From Mobula hypostoma (Eukaryota): a stretch of DNA of 64,000 bases. This document shows positions 61,930-64,000 of the stretch, in pieces (positions within the stretch are counted from its first letter, which is position 1; every line of letters starts with the position of its first letter). The position numbers and the translations under genes were made by a program. The DNA lies in contig NC_086097.1 in the NCBI RefSeq assembly GCF_963921235.1, forward strand, positions 144,524,001 to 144,588,000, given 5' to 3'. Below the pieces are notes generated by a model. The model was not told the origin of the DNA. It searched no databases and saw only the letters and a program-made list of their open reading frames with translations.

Positions 61930-64000
61930 AGGAGGACAGAAGTAGAGGATTACTGAGACAGATCTGAAGGCTGGGGTTTATCGGCAAATGTAGAAAATTC
62001 AGTAAAGTAAGGGGAATACATGAAGTGGGCTACTCAAGCTGACTGAATGGGGAAGGAGAGATTGGGTGAACCAAGTTGGTCGAGGTAGTCTTGAGGAAGA
62101 CTTCACAGAATCCATCCACAGTGGCTTTCTTGAACAGCATATTACTGAATCTACAAGGGAACTGGTCCTGTGCAATGAGACAGGTAAAATAAGCGATCTG
62201 GTAGTTAGGGATCCTCTTTGAAAGATTGATCATAGTAAGTTTGAGTTTCTCATACAAATGGAGAGTGTAATAGTTTGATCTAAAACCAGTATATTATGCC
62301 TAAACAATGGAGACTACAATAGGTTGAGGGTGGATTTGGCCAGTGTAGACTGGGAACACAGGCTACATGGTGGGACTGTTAAGAAACAGTGGTAGGCTTT
62401 CAAAGAAGTTTTTCACGGTGCTCAACAAAAGTATGTTCCACCTGAAAGCAAGGACAGTAGGGATGGAGAGAGCCAGCCTTGCATAACTAAGAAAATAAAA
62501 GAAGGCATCAAACTAAAAGCTTGTGCGTGCAAATTCACCAGGGGTAGTGGGAAACTAGAAGATTGGGAAAACTTTAAAAAGCATCAAAGAACCACTAGGC
62601 AAGCAATAAATAAAGGGAAGCTAGATCATGAAAATAAGTTAGCACAAAATATCAAAACGGATAGTATAAGTTTTTATAATTATATAAAGGGTGGCCAAAG
62701 GTCCCTTGGAGGATGAGAAGGGGGAATTGATAGAGGGTAATGAGGAAATGGCAGAGGCTTTTAACGACTATTTTGTGTCAGTCTTCATGGTGGAGGATAT
62801 GTGCAATATGCAAAAGAGAAATGTTATGGAAGCAATGGGAGGTGAGGACCTTGCTACAAGAGGTAGTGCTGAGAAAACTTGTGGGCCTGAAGATGGATAA
62901 GTCCCCTGGTCCTGATGGAATGCATCCCAGGGTACTGAAAGAAATGGCAGAAGTTATAGTAGAGGCTCTGGTGATAATTTACCAAAATTCTCTGGACTCT
63001 GGGCAGGTCCCTGTGGATTGGAAGATCGCGAATGTCATGCCACTGTTCAATAAAAGATGTAGGTATAAGACAGGTAACCATAGACCAGTTAGTTTAACCT
63101 GTATCTGGGAAAATGCTTGAAGCTATCATTAAAGAAGAAATAGCGAGGCATCTGGTAAGAAATGGATCCATCAGGCAGTCACAGCATGGATTCAGCAAAG
63201 GCAGGTCCTGTTTGACAAACTTACTGGAGTTCTTTGAGGATATAATGAGCACAGTGGATAGAGGGGAACAGATGGACATTACTTACTTGGATTTCCAGAA
63301 AGTGTTCGATAAGGTGCCACGTAAAATACTTATTCATAAGATAAGGATGCATAGAGTTAGGAGTGATGTTTTAGCATGGATAGGGGATTGGTTAACTAAT
63401 ACAAAGCAGAGAGTTGGAAAACATAGGTGTTACTCTGGCTGGCAATCAGTGGTGAGCGGTGTGCCACTGGGGGCGGTTCCGGGTCCACAACTGTTCATGA
63501 TATACATTAACAAACTGGAAGAGGAGACCGAGTGTAGTGTATCTAAGTTTGCCAGTGATAGTAAATTGAGTGGAAAAGCAACTTGTGCAGAAGATATGGA
63601 GAGTCTGCAGAGGGATATAGATAGGTTAAGTGAGTTGGCAAAGGCCTGGCAGATGGAGTACAATGTTGCTAAATGCAAGGTCATCTACTTCGGAAGGAAA
63701 AATGGAAGAGCAGATCATTATTTAAATGGTAAAAAATTACAGCATGCTGCTGTGCAGAGGGACTTGGGAGTGCTTGTGCACGAATCACAAAAGTTGGTTT
63801 GCAGGTGCAGCAGGCTGTCAAGAAGGTAAGTGGAATGTTGGCCTTCATTGCTAGAGGGATTGAATTTAAAAGCAGGGAAGTTATGCTGCAGCTGTTCAGG
63901 GTACTGGTGTACCATAATGCAGTTCTGGTCTCCTTACTTGAAGAAGGATATACAGGCTTTGAAGGTGATGCAGAGGTTGTTCACCAGGTTGATTCCAGAG
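61930..64000 (+). mobile_element. CR1 ORF2 (end of endonuclease through RT), pseudogenised, runs off the window
   Basis: ORFs 62740-63120 (DKSPGPDG, NHRPVSL) and 63113-63829 (QHGF, YLDFQKVFDKV, SGVP, KFASD), with frameshifts. Confidence 0.93.

Overview
Eukaryotic, repeat-dominated, apparently intronic or intergenic DNA. The repeat set (HER1-type CR1 LINEs with (TTTCTATG)n-like tails, HE1-like V-SINEs, Deu-domain SINEs, Rex1/Babar, RTE, Penelope-like elements) suggests a cartilaginous fish, probably a ray; this is inference, not a database result. I found no supportable host protein-coding exon, rRNA, true tRNA gene or CRISPR array. Every long ORF is retroelement-derived. Highlights: (1) one CR1 copy with an uninterrupted ~1000-codon endonuclease+RT ORF2 (21234-24318); (2) Penelope-like elements carrying minimal type I hammerhead ribozyme motifs, including a 242-bp TSD-flanked insertion (6002-6243) that is essentially two inverted ribozyme-bearing termini; (3) two solo LTRs with 5-bp TSDs; (4) a four-element retrotransposon nest with recoverable TSDs (35665-40195); (5) a young CpG-rich tRNA-derived SINE of a different lineage from the shark-type SINEs; (6) RTE-related non-coding elements and 40-48 bp retro-tails with TSDs; (7) several repeat-free, motif-dense stretches that could be enhancers. 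I cannot support a genuinely new biological system here. The Penelope hammerhead hairpin is the best lead. Family names come from my recognition of motifs, and boundaries of degenerate copies are approximate.
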